NCBI GenBank assembly: GCA_934660865.1
Contig: CAKUIA010000003.1
Span: 30,001-62,000 of the forward strand
Source of the DNA: an uncultured Opitutales bacterium
GTDB lineage: Bacteria > Verrucomicrobiota > Verrucomicrobiia > Opitutales > Intestinicryptomonadaceae
Direction: 5' to 3'
Length of the DNA: 32,000 nucleotides
The notes beneath the pieces were generated by a model that was not told the origin of the DNA, did no database searches, and saw nothing but the letters and a program-made list of their open reading frames with translations. This document shows positions 24,630-32,000 of this stretch, in pieces (positions within the stretch are counted from its first letter, which is position 1; each line of letters opens with the position of its first letter). The position numbers and the translations under genes are program-made.

Positions 24630-25526
24630 TTATTTTGCAACGTTGTATTTGCAGGGAACAAAAGCCGACTTTTGGAGGTATTTTATGCTTTTGTCTATGC
24701 TTTCTAGGGGCTTAAAGTTGTATCTTTCAACTTCAACTATAATGTGCTCGGTGCCCGCTTTGTCTACATTGTTGAATATCGCGTCGAAGCCTACCATGCC
24801 GCTTTGTCCGAGTTCCTTGTCGTCTTTAATGTGCAAAAGCTTAAAGCGCTTCGGATATTTGTTAAAGTATGCAACGGGGCTGCATTCGCCGCGAACCGTC
24901 CAGTAAACGTCCATTTCGAAGAATACGTATTCGGGGTTGGTGTGCTCTAGCATGTAGTCGTACATAACCTTGCCCTGAATCTTTTCGAATTCGAATTTGT
25001 GGTTGTGGTAGCCGAACTTTATGCCGTTTTCCTTGCAAAGCTTGCCTATGGCGTTGTAGTAGTCGCAATATACCTGCAACCTTTTAAGTGTTTTAAGCTG
25101 CTGGGCATTGTGCATGCTGGGCACGCAAATATATTCCATACCCGCGGCTTTGTGCGCTTTAACGGCGTCTTTCCACCAGTTAAGCGATTCGGTAAAGTCG
25201 CCGCTTTCAAGTTCCTTTTCGCTCAATCTTTTGGAGGTGTGCGAGCTAAGAACCTTCATATTGTTGCTTTCAATGGTTTTCTTGAACTGTTCGGGTGTCA
25301 TACCGTAGAACTTGCCGTTGGAATAGCCTGCGGCTTCCACCGAAGTAAAGCCCATTTCGCCCAGGGCCTTAACCGTTTTCGAGTAGTCGGCTTTAATGTC
25401 CTGCCTTGCCGAATACATCTGAACGGAGATGTCTTTTTGACCGCCGCACATACTTGCGCATGCAGTGTTTAGAATTGCAACCAACGAAATGGCCGCCAAA
25501 GAAGTTAATGTTTTTGTTTTCATCAT
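24630..25526 (-). CDS. Secreted/lipoprotein sugar-phosphate isomerase/epimerase-like TIM barrel (xylose isomerase-like fold)
   Basis: Signal peptide MMKTKTLTSLAAISLVAILNTAC. The body shows AP-endonuclease-2/xylose-isomerase-like TIM grammar (GFTSVE, GYHNH.FEF, LHIKD). Confidence 0.6.
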   Translation of the reverse strand: MMKTKTLTSLAAISLVAILNTACASMCGGQKDISVQMYSARQDIKADYSKTVKALGEMGFTSVEAAGYSNGKFYGMTPEQFKKTIESNNMKVLSSHTSKRLSEKELESGDFTESLNWWKDAVKAHKAAGMEYICVPSMHNAQQLKTLKRLQVYCDYYNAIGKLCKENGIKFGYHNHKFEFEKIQGKVMYDYMLEHTNPEYVFFEMDVYWTVRGECSPVAYFNKYPKRFKLLHIKDDKELGQSGMVGFDAIFNNVDKAGTEHIIVEVERYNFKPLESIDKSIKYLQKSAFVPCKYNVAK

Positions 25527-25593
25527 ATAACCTGTTGTTTGTTAAAATGCGCTTAATATTCAATAGAAAAGCGGGGGTGTTTTCAAGCAGATA

Positions 25594-26907
25594 TTAAATA
25601 AAAAATCTAAGATATATGTACACAGAGCTTAACGCCAAAGAAATGAATACCGTGATTATGCCGAAGCCCATAAATTTTAGAAAGCCTATGGGAAAGCCCT
25701 GTTTTGTTGCGTTTTCCGATACAATAACGTTGGCGGCCGCCCCTATAATGGTCATATTGCCGCCCAGGCACGCGCCCAGCGAAAGGCACCACCACAAAGG
25801 CTGGGCATAGCTTTCGCCCATAACTTTGCCGATTTCCGCAATCATGGGCGACATTGTGGCGGTATACGGAATATTGTCGATTATTCCCGAAATTATGCCC
25901 GACCCCCACAATATCAGCATAGACGCCGTAAGTTCCGAGCCTTTTGTGGAGTTTATAAGCCATTGCGCCATAAGCTTTATTCCTCCCGAGGCTTCAAGGG
26001 CGCCTATTATTATAAACAGGCCTATAAAGAAAAATATCGTGTTCCATTCAACGTCTTTCCATACGTTTTGCGGGTTTTCGAATATAAGCAAAATTGCGGC
26101 TCCCAACAGGGCGACAATGCTGGTTTCTATATGGATAAAGTCGCGCAGCATAAAGCCCATAATAACAAGCAGCAAAACGCAAAGCGAGCGCACGGCCAAA
26201 AGCCTGTTTATTTTCGGCGTTGCAAGCTTTACCTTGCATTCGGCCGTGCATATAAGGTCTTTTTTAAATGCCAGCGCAATAAAGGCCGTTATGCAGATTT
26301 GTATTATTATTACAATGGGGGTAAGCTCGTTTATAAAATCCAAAAACGAAAAATTTGCCGCGCTGCCTATTATTATGTTCGGTGGGTCGCCTATCAAGGT
26401 TGCAGTTCCGCCTATGTTCGACGAAAATATCTCGCCAATCAAAAAGGGCATCGGCTTAAGGTTTAGCGACCTGCATATCGAAAAGGTTATCGGCATAAGC
26501 AAAATTACGGTTGTAACGTTGTCTAAAAAAGCGCTTACTGCAGCCGTAAAAAAGCAAAGCGACACCAAAATTTTAAGGGGGTTTCCCTTTGTAAACCTCA
26601 CTATTTTTACCGCCGCATACGAAAATATGTCGCTTCGGGACGTTATCGAAACAATAATCATCATCGAAATCAGCAAAAATATAACGTTAAAATCTATGTA
26701 GTTTACATAGTATAGGGGGTTGGGCAGGTTGTCCGAAAATTTGTCCTGGCTTACCATTCCGAAAATAATCGCCAAGCTCGCTCCTATAAGGGCAACCGTA
26801 ACTTTCGGGATTTTCTCCAACGCTATGAATATGTAGGCAATCAGCAGCAAAACGGCGGCCGACGCCACGGGATATTGCGTTATTAGATTTTGTGTTAGGC
26901 TGAACAT
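25594..26907 (-). CDS. Ion transporter superfamily permease (ArsB/NhaD / CitMHS-like)
   Basis: 437 aa with about 11-12 TM helices and an internal two-fold repeat. GGTATLIGDPPNIII in the first half is mirrored by LGGNMTIIGAAANVIV in the second, which is typical of ArsB/NhaD-type permeases. Confidence 0.6.
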   Translation of the reverse strand: MFSLTQNLITQYPVASAAVLLLIAYIFIALEKIPKVTVALIGASLAIIFGMVSQDKFSDNLPNPLYYVNYIDFNVIFLLISMMIIVSITSRSDIFSYAAVKIVRFTKGNPLKILVSLCFFTAAVSAFLDNVTTVILLMPITFSICRSLNLKPMPFLIGEIFSSNIGGTATLIGDPPNIIIGSAANFSFLDFINELTPIVIIIQICITAFIALAFKKDLICTAECKVKLATPKINRLLAVRSLCVLLLVIMGFMLRDFIHIETSIVALLGAAILLIFENPQNVWKDVEWNTIFFFIGLFIIIGALEASGGIKLMAQWLINSTKGSELTASMLILWGSGIISGIIDNIPYTATMSPMIAEIGKVMGESYAQPLWWCLSLGACLGGNMTIIGAAANVIVSENATKQGFPIGFLKFMGFGIITVFISLALSSVYIYLRFFI

Positions 26908-26983
26908 CTTTTAGTATTTTATCTGTTTAGGTTGCGCACTTTATGCGGTTTTGTCGTGCGTTTGGCATAAATATATTCCGCCA

Positions 26984-27012
26984 AAGATATATTTGCCGCA
27001 TTTTTTTGTCAA
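26984..27012 (-). promoter_or_regulatory. Candidate promoter for the permease gene
   Basis: The minus strand reads TTGACA (complement of 27007-27012), 17-nt spacer, TATCTT (complement of 26984-26989). This predicts a 5' UTR of about 70 nt. Confidence 0.3.
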
Positions 27013-27162
27013 TAAATTGATTGATTGAATTTTGCGCAATCGGCAATGCGCCTTTTTTTGCCCGCATTTGCGCGCGAAAAAAAAGCTTTACAAATCGTCA
27101 AAAAATGAGATGATTTTAACTTTATAAATTTTATTTACTCGAAAAGAAAGACTGGATAAAAG

Positions 27163-27264
27163 ATGGCAAACTTGAAAAAGAAGAGACGCTTGAAGATGAA
27201 CAAGCACAAGCGTTCGAAGCGTTCAAAGGCTAATCGTCATAAGAAGCGCACATGGGACTGCTAA
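27163..27264 (+). CDS. 33-aa highly basic micro-protein, bS22-like (AURKAIP1/COX24-type small ribosomal protein) candidate
   Basis: Below the ORF-track size cutoff. ATG at 27163 and TAA at 27262. The translation is [33 protein letters not shown], with 19 of 33 residues Lys/Arg/His. It has its own terminator 24 nt downstream and sits in an otherwise empty 520-bp gap. Confidence 0.55.
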   Translation: MANLKKKRRLKMNKHKRSKRSKANRHKKRTWDC

Positions 27265-27287
27265 GTGCGCAGTCAGAACAATTTTCA

Positions 27288-27314
27288 AGCCGGCATTCAA
27301 TGCTGGCTTTTTTT
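27288..27314 (+). terminator. Rho-independent terminator of the micro-ORF
   Basis: AGCCGGCA-ttcaa-TGCTGGCT gives 8 bp with one G-U pair, followed by T7 (27308-27314). Confidence 0.6.
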
Positions 27315-27373
27315 ATGGACAATTTGCCGTTGCGCTGTAAAAGCGTTTCCAAAAAAGGGCTTTTTTATGCAAC

Positions 27374-27409
27374 AAAAAACGGCAACCGAAAGTAGGCAGC
27401 CGTTTTTTT
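27374..27409 (-). terminator. Possible bidirectional terminator downstream of hisA
   Basis: AAAAAACGGC...GCCGTTTTTT has A- and T-tracts flanking a short GC stem with a 15-nt loop. It lies 25 nt beyond the hisA stop. Confidence 0.4.
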
Positions 27410-27433
27410 GCGTTTTAATTGAAGCTTTCCTGT

Positions 27434-28174
27434 TTACAGCTCGCTGCAAAGGCGCTTTAGTTCGCTTTGGGTGATTTTCCCCTCGTATACGGCCTTGCCC
27501 GTTATTGCCCCGTTTAGATTGGGGTATTTTTTTGAAAGCTCCTTTAGCGCCAAAATGTCTTTGGCCGACGCAATGCCCCCCGAAGCTATAACCGACGTGT
27601 TAAATGGCAGTGTTTTTTCGAGCATTTTGCTTTGGGCTGCAATATTCGGGCCCGTCAGCATGCCGTCGGTGTCTATATCGGTGTATATTATGGTTTTAAC
27701 GCCTCTTTTTGCCATATCTGCGGCAAAATCAAGCGCGTGTTTGTCGCTTACGTTTACCCAGCCGTTTGTTGCAACTTTGCCGCCTTTGGCGTCTATACCA
27801 ACTGCAATCTTTTCGGCATATAAAGATACCAATTCGGATACAAATTCGGGGTTTGTGCACGCCTTTGTGCCTATAACCGTGCGGCTTACCCCGCATTCAA
27901 GCGCGGCTTTTACCGACAAAACATCGCGCATGCCGCCGCCGAGCTGCACTTTTACGCCCATTAGGCAGATTTTTTCGACTATGCCAAGCACCGAGGTTTT
28001 TGCGTCGAATGCGCCGTCGAGGTTTACAATGTGTATCCATTTCGCGTCGGCGTCTACAAACATTTTCGCGGCGTCTATCGGGTTTTCGAAATACACCGTT
28101 TGCTGGTTTGCCAAGCCCTGTTTAAGCCTTACGCATTTGCCGTTTTTTATGTCTATGGCGGGGTATACTATCAT
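27434..28174 (-). CDS. hisA: ProFAR isomerase (histidine biosynthesis HisA)
   Basis: MIVYPAIDIKNGKCVRLKQG, IHIVNLDGA, QLGGGMR, IIYTDIDTDGMLTGPN and ASGGI. The length of 246 aa fits. Confidence 0.9.
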   Translation of the reverse strand: MIVYPAIDIKNGKCVRLKQGLANQQTVYFENPIDAAKMFVDADAKWIHIVNLDGAFDAKTSVLGIVEKICLMGVKVQLGGGMRDVLSVKAALECGVSRTVIGTKACTNPEFVSELVSLYAEKIAVGIDAKGGKVATNGWVNVSDKHALDFAADMAKRGVKTIIYTDIDTDGMLTGPNIAAQSKMLEKTLPFNTSVIASGGIASAKDILALKELSKKYPNLNGAITGKAVYEGKITQSELKRLCSEL

Positions 28175-28182
28175 AATCTTGT

Positions 28183-28213
28183 TTGCAAATTTTTAAAATC
28201 TGTAAACTATAAT
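28183..28213 (+). promoter_or_regulatory. Candidate priA promoter
   Basis: A perfect TATAAT at 28208-28213 with TTGCAA at 28183-28188. The 19-nt spacer is suboptimal. The ATG lies 34 nt downstream of the -10 element. Confidence 0.3.
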
Positions 28214-28246
28214 CAATGCAATTTTATATTAGTCAATTTTGAATTT

Positions 28247-30487
28247 ATGGGTAGCTTTCCAAAAGCGGCGTCGGTGATACTCTTTAACGGATTCGGCAAA
28301 GAGCTTACATACCTTGTGCCCGACTCGCTTGACGGAAAGGTTTTAATAGGTTCGCTGGTTAAAGTGCCCCTTAGGGGAACTATGGCCGACGGCATTGTAT
28401 GCGATATAAAAGACTACAGCTTTGCGGACTATCCGGAATTTAAGCTTAAAAATTTGTATTCGGTTATAGGCGAATGCCCCGTATTGACAAAAGAGCTTTT
28501 CGACTTGGCCAAATGGATTTCTTCGTATTATGCCTGCAGCGTGCAGCAGGCGGTAGAGGCAATGCTGCCTGCGGTTGTAAAATCGGGCAGGGAGGTTCAA
28601 ACGTGTTTCGAAATTAGCCTGAACGAAAATGTTGAACAAGCCGAAATAGACGCGCTAAAAAAACGCGCAAAAAACCAGTATAAAATCTGCGAATATTTAA
28701 GGAAAAACAAGTTTCCCATTTTAAAGGCGGCCCTGTGCAAAAGCCTTAATGTTTCGCCGTCGTCGGTAGAGGCTTTGGTGGAAAAAAACATTGTGCGCCA
28801 GCGCGATACCGAGATTTTAAAATTCGCCTTCGACGACGACATTTCGCAGAACGAGGTGGTTGCCGCAAAGGATTTGCCCTTAAACGAACAGCAGCAAAAC
28901 GCCCTAAACGACATTTGCGGGCAGCTTGCCCAAAACAAATTCAAAACACATTTGCTTTACGGCGTTACCGGTTCGGGCAAAACCGAAGTATACATAAGGG
29001 CAATGCGCAGCGTTTTGGAAAAGGGCGGCTCCTGCATTTTTATGGTGCCCGAAATTTCGCTTACCCCGCAAACGGTTGGCAGGCTTAGAAGCAAGCTTAA
29101 TTTAAGCGCAAGCGAGCTTGTTGTTTGGCACAGCAACCTAAGCGACGGGCAAAGGCTGCAGGCTTGGAGGTCGATGATAAACGGCACGGCAAAGGTTGCC
29201 GTGGGCGCGCGTTCGTGCGTTTTTGCGCCAATGCAAAACCTAAAGCTTGTTATTGTAGACGAAGAGCACGACACCGCCTACAAGCAGGAGAACGCGCCGC
29301 GCTACAACGCAAGGGATTTGGCGGTATACAGGGCGTCGCTAAACGGGGCGCTGGCGCTGCTGGGGTCGGCAACGCCGTCGCTTGAAACCTTATACAACGT
29401 TAAAAACGCAAAGTATTCCGTCAGCAAAATGACATCGCGCGTAGACGACAGGGCAATGCCCAAGATTATGCTTGTGGATATGAAGCGCGAAAAGCCCAAC
29501 GCCATATTTTCGAACATATTGCGCGACAAAGTGCTTGCCAGGCTAGACTGCAAGGAACAGGTGATTTTGTTTTTAAACCGCAGGGGCTATTCAAAACTTT
29601 TCCAGTGCCCCGATTGCGGGTATGTGGCAACATGCCCTAATTGCTCGGTTAGCCTTACATGGCACCGCAAGGAAGACTATGTTATGTGCCACATGTGCGG
29701 GCACAAAGAGAAAGCCCCGCAAAAATGCCCTAATTGCGGTTCGCCTAAAGCCAAGTGGAAAAGTTTTGGCACGCAAAAGGTTGAAGAATACATATCGCAG
29801 ACATTCCCGCAGGCAAAGGTTGCCCGCATAGACGCCGATACAATGAAAAAACGCGACGAATACCGCCGCATTTTCGGCGAATTTAGAAAGGGCAACATAG
29901 ATATGCTTGTGGGAACGCAGATGATTTCGAAGGGTTTGGATTTCCCCAAAGTTACGCTTGTAGGCATATTGAACGCCGACATAAGCCTTAATATGGAGGA
30001 TTTCCGCGCAAACGAGCGCACCTACCAGCTTATTGTCCAGGTTTCGGGCAGGGCGGGCAGGGGCACCGGCGGAGGCGAAGTTATTGTGCAGACGATGAAT
30101 CCCGACGCCCCGCCCATACAATATGCGCGAAAGGACAATTTGGAGGACTTTTTAAGGGAGGAGCTCGAAAACAGAATGAGGTTTTCGTACCCGCCCGCAA
30201 AGCGCCTTATAAGGCACATATTCAGGTCGCGCAACCCCGACAAGCTTGCGTTTTACTGCGAGCACTTCGCAAAAAAGGCCGAGCTTGAACTTGGTTCTTC
30301 GGTTTTAATGCGCGGGCCCGCCCCGGCTCCCATAGAGAAAATCCAGGAATACTACCGCTGGCACCTGTGGTATTTTTGCGGTAATGTACGAAGCACCGTC
30401 GAAAAGATTATGCGCGTAAGAAATTCGTTTACATTCGACAAAGACATTGAAGACGTTTTGGACGTAGACCCGTATTCTACAATATAG
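28247..30487 (+). CDS. priA: Primosomal protein N' (replication restart helicase PriA)
   Basis: Walker A GVTGSGKTEVY, Walker B VIVDEEHD, and the Cys-rich zinc module CPDCGYVATCPNCSVSLTWH...CHMCGHKEKAPQKCPNCGS. I placed the start at the ATG at 28247 (MGSFPK); the track start at 28031 overlaps hisA. Confidence 0.9.
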   Translation: MGSFPKAASVILFNGFGKELTYLVPDSLDGKVLIGSLVKVPLRGTMADGIVCDIKDYSFADYPEFKLKNLYSVIGECPVLTKELFDLAKWISSYYACSVQQAVEAMLPAVVKSGREVQTCFEISLNENVEQAEIDALKKRAKNQYKICEYLRKNKFPILKAALCKSLNVSPSSVEALVEKNIVRQRDTEILKFAFDDDISQNEVVAAKDLPLNEQQQNALNDICGQLAQNKFKTHLLYGVTGSGKTEVYIRAMRSVLEKGGSCIFMVPEISLTPQTVGRLRSKLNLSASELVVWHSNLSDGQRLQAWRSMINGTAKVAVGARSCVFAPMQNLKLVIVDEEHDTAYKQENAPRYNARDLAVYRASLNGALALLGSATPSLETLYNVKNAKYSVSKMTSRVDDRAMPKIMLVDMKREKPNAIFSNILRDKVLARLDCKEQVILFLNRRGYSKLFQCPDCGYVATCPNCSVSLTWHRKEDYVMCHMCGHKEKAPQKCPNCGSPKAKWKSFGTQKVEEYISQTFPQAKVARIDADTMKKRDEYRRIFGEFRKGNIDMLVGTQMISKGLDFPKVTLVGILNADISLNMEDFRANERTYQLIVQVSGRAGRGTGGGEVIVQTMNPDAPPIQYARKDNLEDFLREELENRMRFSYPPAKRLIRHIFRSRNPDKLAFYCEHFAKKAELELGSSVLMRGPAPAPIEKIQEYYRWHLWYFCGNVRSTVEKIMRVRNSFTFDKDIEDVLDVDPYSTI

Positions 30488-30517
30488 CGCAGGCGTTGAG
30501 CCGCATTTGCGCGCGTT

Positions 30518-30575
30518 CAAACATTGCAAACAAAGCAAACCCACGTTTGACCCCTTTGCCGCGCGGTTTTAAATT
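30518..30575 (+). promoter_or_regulatory. Three direct CAAAC repeats at 9-nt spacing, one inverted copy, and a leaderless-geometry promoter
   Basis: CAAAC occurs at 30518, 30527 and 30536, and GTTTG at 30545. These are followed by TTGACC (30547-30552), 17-nt spacer, TAAATT (30570-30575), then 6 nt to the ATG at 30582. Confidence 0.3.
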
Positions 30576-30581
30576 CGGGTA

Positions 30582-30983
30582 ATGGAAACGCAATCTTCAG
30601 AACTTTTGGGATTGGGCCTTACGGCGGCTACCGCCCTGCTTGGCGCGTATTATTTGGCTTTGAAAATAAGGGATATGCAGGCCGAAAAACCCGATCCGAA
30701 AATAACGTATGTAACATATACAAGTATGGAAAAAATGCGCAACGAACTAATGCGCATAATAACCGAGTCGGGCGGCGAGCTTAGGCTTTTGCGCTCGGAA
30801 ATAAGGGAGGACATTCGTCTAATGCAGCGCCAGTATGCCCAAAGCCTGGGCGAAACGCGCGAGCTTATAAGCAAAAACGCGCAAAACATAAGCTCGCTTA
30901 TAGCGCAAAGCGCGCTTGCAAACCAGCGCATAGGCGAACTCGGAGTTAGAGTGGAAAAAATCGCGTCAAAGGCTGTAAAATGA
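30582..30983 (+). CDS. Small bitopic coiled-coil protein (phage-module associated)
   Basis: N-terminal TM helix LLGLGLTAATALLGAYYLAL followed by about 90 aa of heptad-like helix. No family motif recognised. Confidence 0.4.
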   Translation: METQSSELLGLGLTAATALLGAYYLALKIRDMQAEKPDPKITYVTYTSMEKMRNELMRIITESGGELRLLRSEIREDIRLMQRQYAQSLGETRELISKNAQNISSLIAQSALANQRIGELGVRVEKIASKAVK

Positions 30984-31243
30984 GCTACTGCAAAATTATG
31001 GTGCGCACGGCAATACTGCTTCAGCTAAGGGCGGCAAGCCCCGCGCAAATGCCCGTAAAAAACCTTCTGTGCGGGCTTAAAATCGCGTCGTTCGAAATAG
31101 GCGAAAGCGAGCTTTTGCGCGAGCTGGACTACCTTGAAAAGAAAGGCTACATAAAAATGGGCGAAGACGAAATTTCGCCGTCGTATAAGCGCTGCACGCT
31201 AAGCGCTTTGGCCTACGACTATCTCGAAAGAAGGGGCTTTTAG
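30980..31243 (+). CDS. Small winged-helix-like protein (phage-module associated)
   Basis: 87 aa. LLRELDYLEKKGYIKMGEDE resembles the recognition helix plus wing of wHTH proteins. The start overlaps the upstream stop (ATGA). Confidence 0.35.
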   Translation: MSYCKIMVRTAILLQLRAASPAQMPVKNLLCGLKIASFEIGESELLRELDYLEKKGYIKMGEDEISPSYKRCTLSALAYDYLERRGF

Positions 31244-31244
31244 T

Positions 31245-31640
31245 ATGCCGCCAAAAGTTGTTGAAACACAAGCCGCTAAAACGGCGGCTTCTTCGGCAAA
31301 GCCGAAAAGGCGCGCAAAAAAGAGGGCGCTTGGCACTCCCTTTTGCGAGTATCTCGACAAAATACGCGCGGCGCGCGAAAACGCAATTACGGCCTCGGAA
31401 ATAGTTTTGGGCACGCTTTGCGACAAGCGCAAGGTTTTGGTGGATTTAATTTTGGAGGCGCTGTTCGACTATTTTTGCGAAAGCGACATTGCCGAAATTA
31501 CTCCCGCCGCCCTTAACGCAATAGCGGGGATAGTGCAAAAACTTTCGGCTACGGCCAAAGACGACAACGGCAAAACGCCGTCGGGCGAAATAGGCGGCGA
31601 AACACTCGCCCAAATAGAGGACAAACTTAAGTTGTTATGA
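31245..31640 (+). CDS. Putative small terminase / DNA-recognition subunit (assigned by position only)
   Basis: 131 aa with a basic N-terminus (AKPKRRAKKRALG) and a helical body. It lies immediately upstream of, and is translationally coupled to, the large terminase. Confidence 0.3.
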   Translation: MPPKVVETQAAKTAASSAKPKRRAKKRALGTPFCEYLDKIRAARENAITASEIVLGTLCDKRKVLVDLILEALFDYFCESDIAEITPAALNAIAGIVQKLSATAKDDNGKTPSGEIGGETLAQIEDKLKLL

Positions 31641-32000
31641 GCTTTTTTTTGCCGTATCAAAAAAAGTGGCTTTTGGACAATTCGCGTATCAAGCTTATGC
31701 AAAAGAGCCGCCAGATAGGAATGAGCTGGACATCGGCATACAGCCTTGTGCGCCGCCATGCCCTAAGCTCGCAAAGGCTGGATTCCTGGGTAAGCTCGCG
31801 TGACGAGGTGCAGGCCTCCTTGTTTGTGCAAGACTGCAAAAAGTTTGCCGAAATTTTGAACATAGCCTTTGCCGAAAGCGTGGGAATGGGGGTGTCGAAA
31901 GGCGCGTCGTCGTGCGAAATAGGGTTTTTTAACGGGACTAAAATACATTCGCTAAGCTCGAACCCCGACGCGCAGGCGGGCAAGCGCGGCAACCGAATTT
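31637..32000 (+). CDS. Phage terminase large subunit, N-terminal ATPase domain (truncated by window end)
   Basis: Not in the ORF track because it runs off the window. The translation is MSFFLPYQKKWLLDNSRIKLMQKSRQIGMSWTSAYSLV...SSNPDAQAGKRGN. KSRQIGMS matches the terminase Walker A variant (T4 gp17 has SRQLGKT). The LPYQxxW...D.S opening resembles Mu gp28-type terminases, from memory. Confidence 0.7.
   Translation, partial: MSFFLPYQKKWLLDNSRIKLMQKSRQIGMSWTSAYSLVRRHALSSQRLDSWVSSRDEVQASLFVQDCKKFAEILNIAFAESVGMGVSKGASSCEIGFFNGTKIHSLSSNPDAQAGKRGNRI

Larger units (their letters stand above)
30582..32000 (+). mobile_element. Start of a prophage, prophage remnant or GTA-like DNA-packaging module (continues beyond the window)
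   Basis: Four tightly packed genes: ATGA overlaps at 30980 and 31637, and a 1-nt gap at 31244. The series ends in a large terminase ATPase domain. Confidence 0.5.

Noticed and set aside
27434-28174. hisA standing alone without other his genes, considered as a possible anomaly.
   Set aside because: Scattered his genes are common outside Proteobacteria. The sequence is a full-length canonical HisA, so nothing further is indicated.
28031-28246. Upstream extensions of track ORFs: priA from 28031, speE from 21197, IMPase from 11434, permease from 17703, gluQ to 2412, and the first cluster gene from 3124.
   Set aside because: The extensions overlap neighbouring genes or terminators and encode non-homologous junk. 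They precede an internal ATG at which the conserved N-terminus or signal peptide begins.
30582-30983. The idea that the TM + coiled-coil 133-aa protein is an Rz-like i-spanin.
   Set aside because: The architecture is compatible, but there is no endolysin, holin or embedded/adjacent o-spanin lipoprotein ORF. The gene upstream is priA. Left as unknown.

Overview
Densely coding chromosomal segment (about 50% GC, 28 supportable CDS, no rRNA, tRNA or CRISPR) from a Gram-negative bacterium. Gene content and protein grammar look PVC-superphylum-like (Verrucomicrobiota/Lentisphaerota-like), but the taxon cannot be fixed from sequence alone. Housekeeping genes recognised by motif are gluQ, an IMPase-family phosphatase, lpxA, pdxA, rbsK with a sugar permease, an Orn/Lys/Arg decarboxylase with speE, a GH92 mannosidase, hisA and priA. 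The most interesting region is 3160-10576, a five-gene co-directional cluster: a Sec-secreted beta-rich protein, a PilM-PilN fusion, an Amuc_1100-like/PilO-like anchored protein, a PilP-position bitopic protein, and a 945-aa secretin with a 9 x 6-aa Ala/Glu/Lys repeat. There is no pilin, ATPase, platform protein or prepilin peptidase anywhere in the 32 kb. By my recollection this mirrors the poorly understood Akkermansia Amuc_1102-to-Amuc_1098 locus. Other leads are an orphan MotA/ExbB-like protein with a large N-terminal domain, and a lipoprotein with a degenerate trypsin-like motif set that is translationally coupled to lpxA-pdxA. There is also an unannotated 33-codon, highly basic bS22-like micro-ORF. 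A phage/GTA-like packaging module (Walker A KSRQIGMS large terminase) starts directly after priA with no integrase. Two promoters have leaderless geometry. All family assignments rest on motif reading and memory, not database searches.
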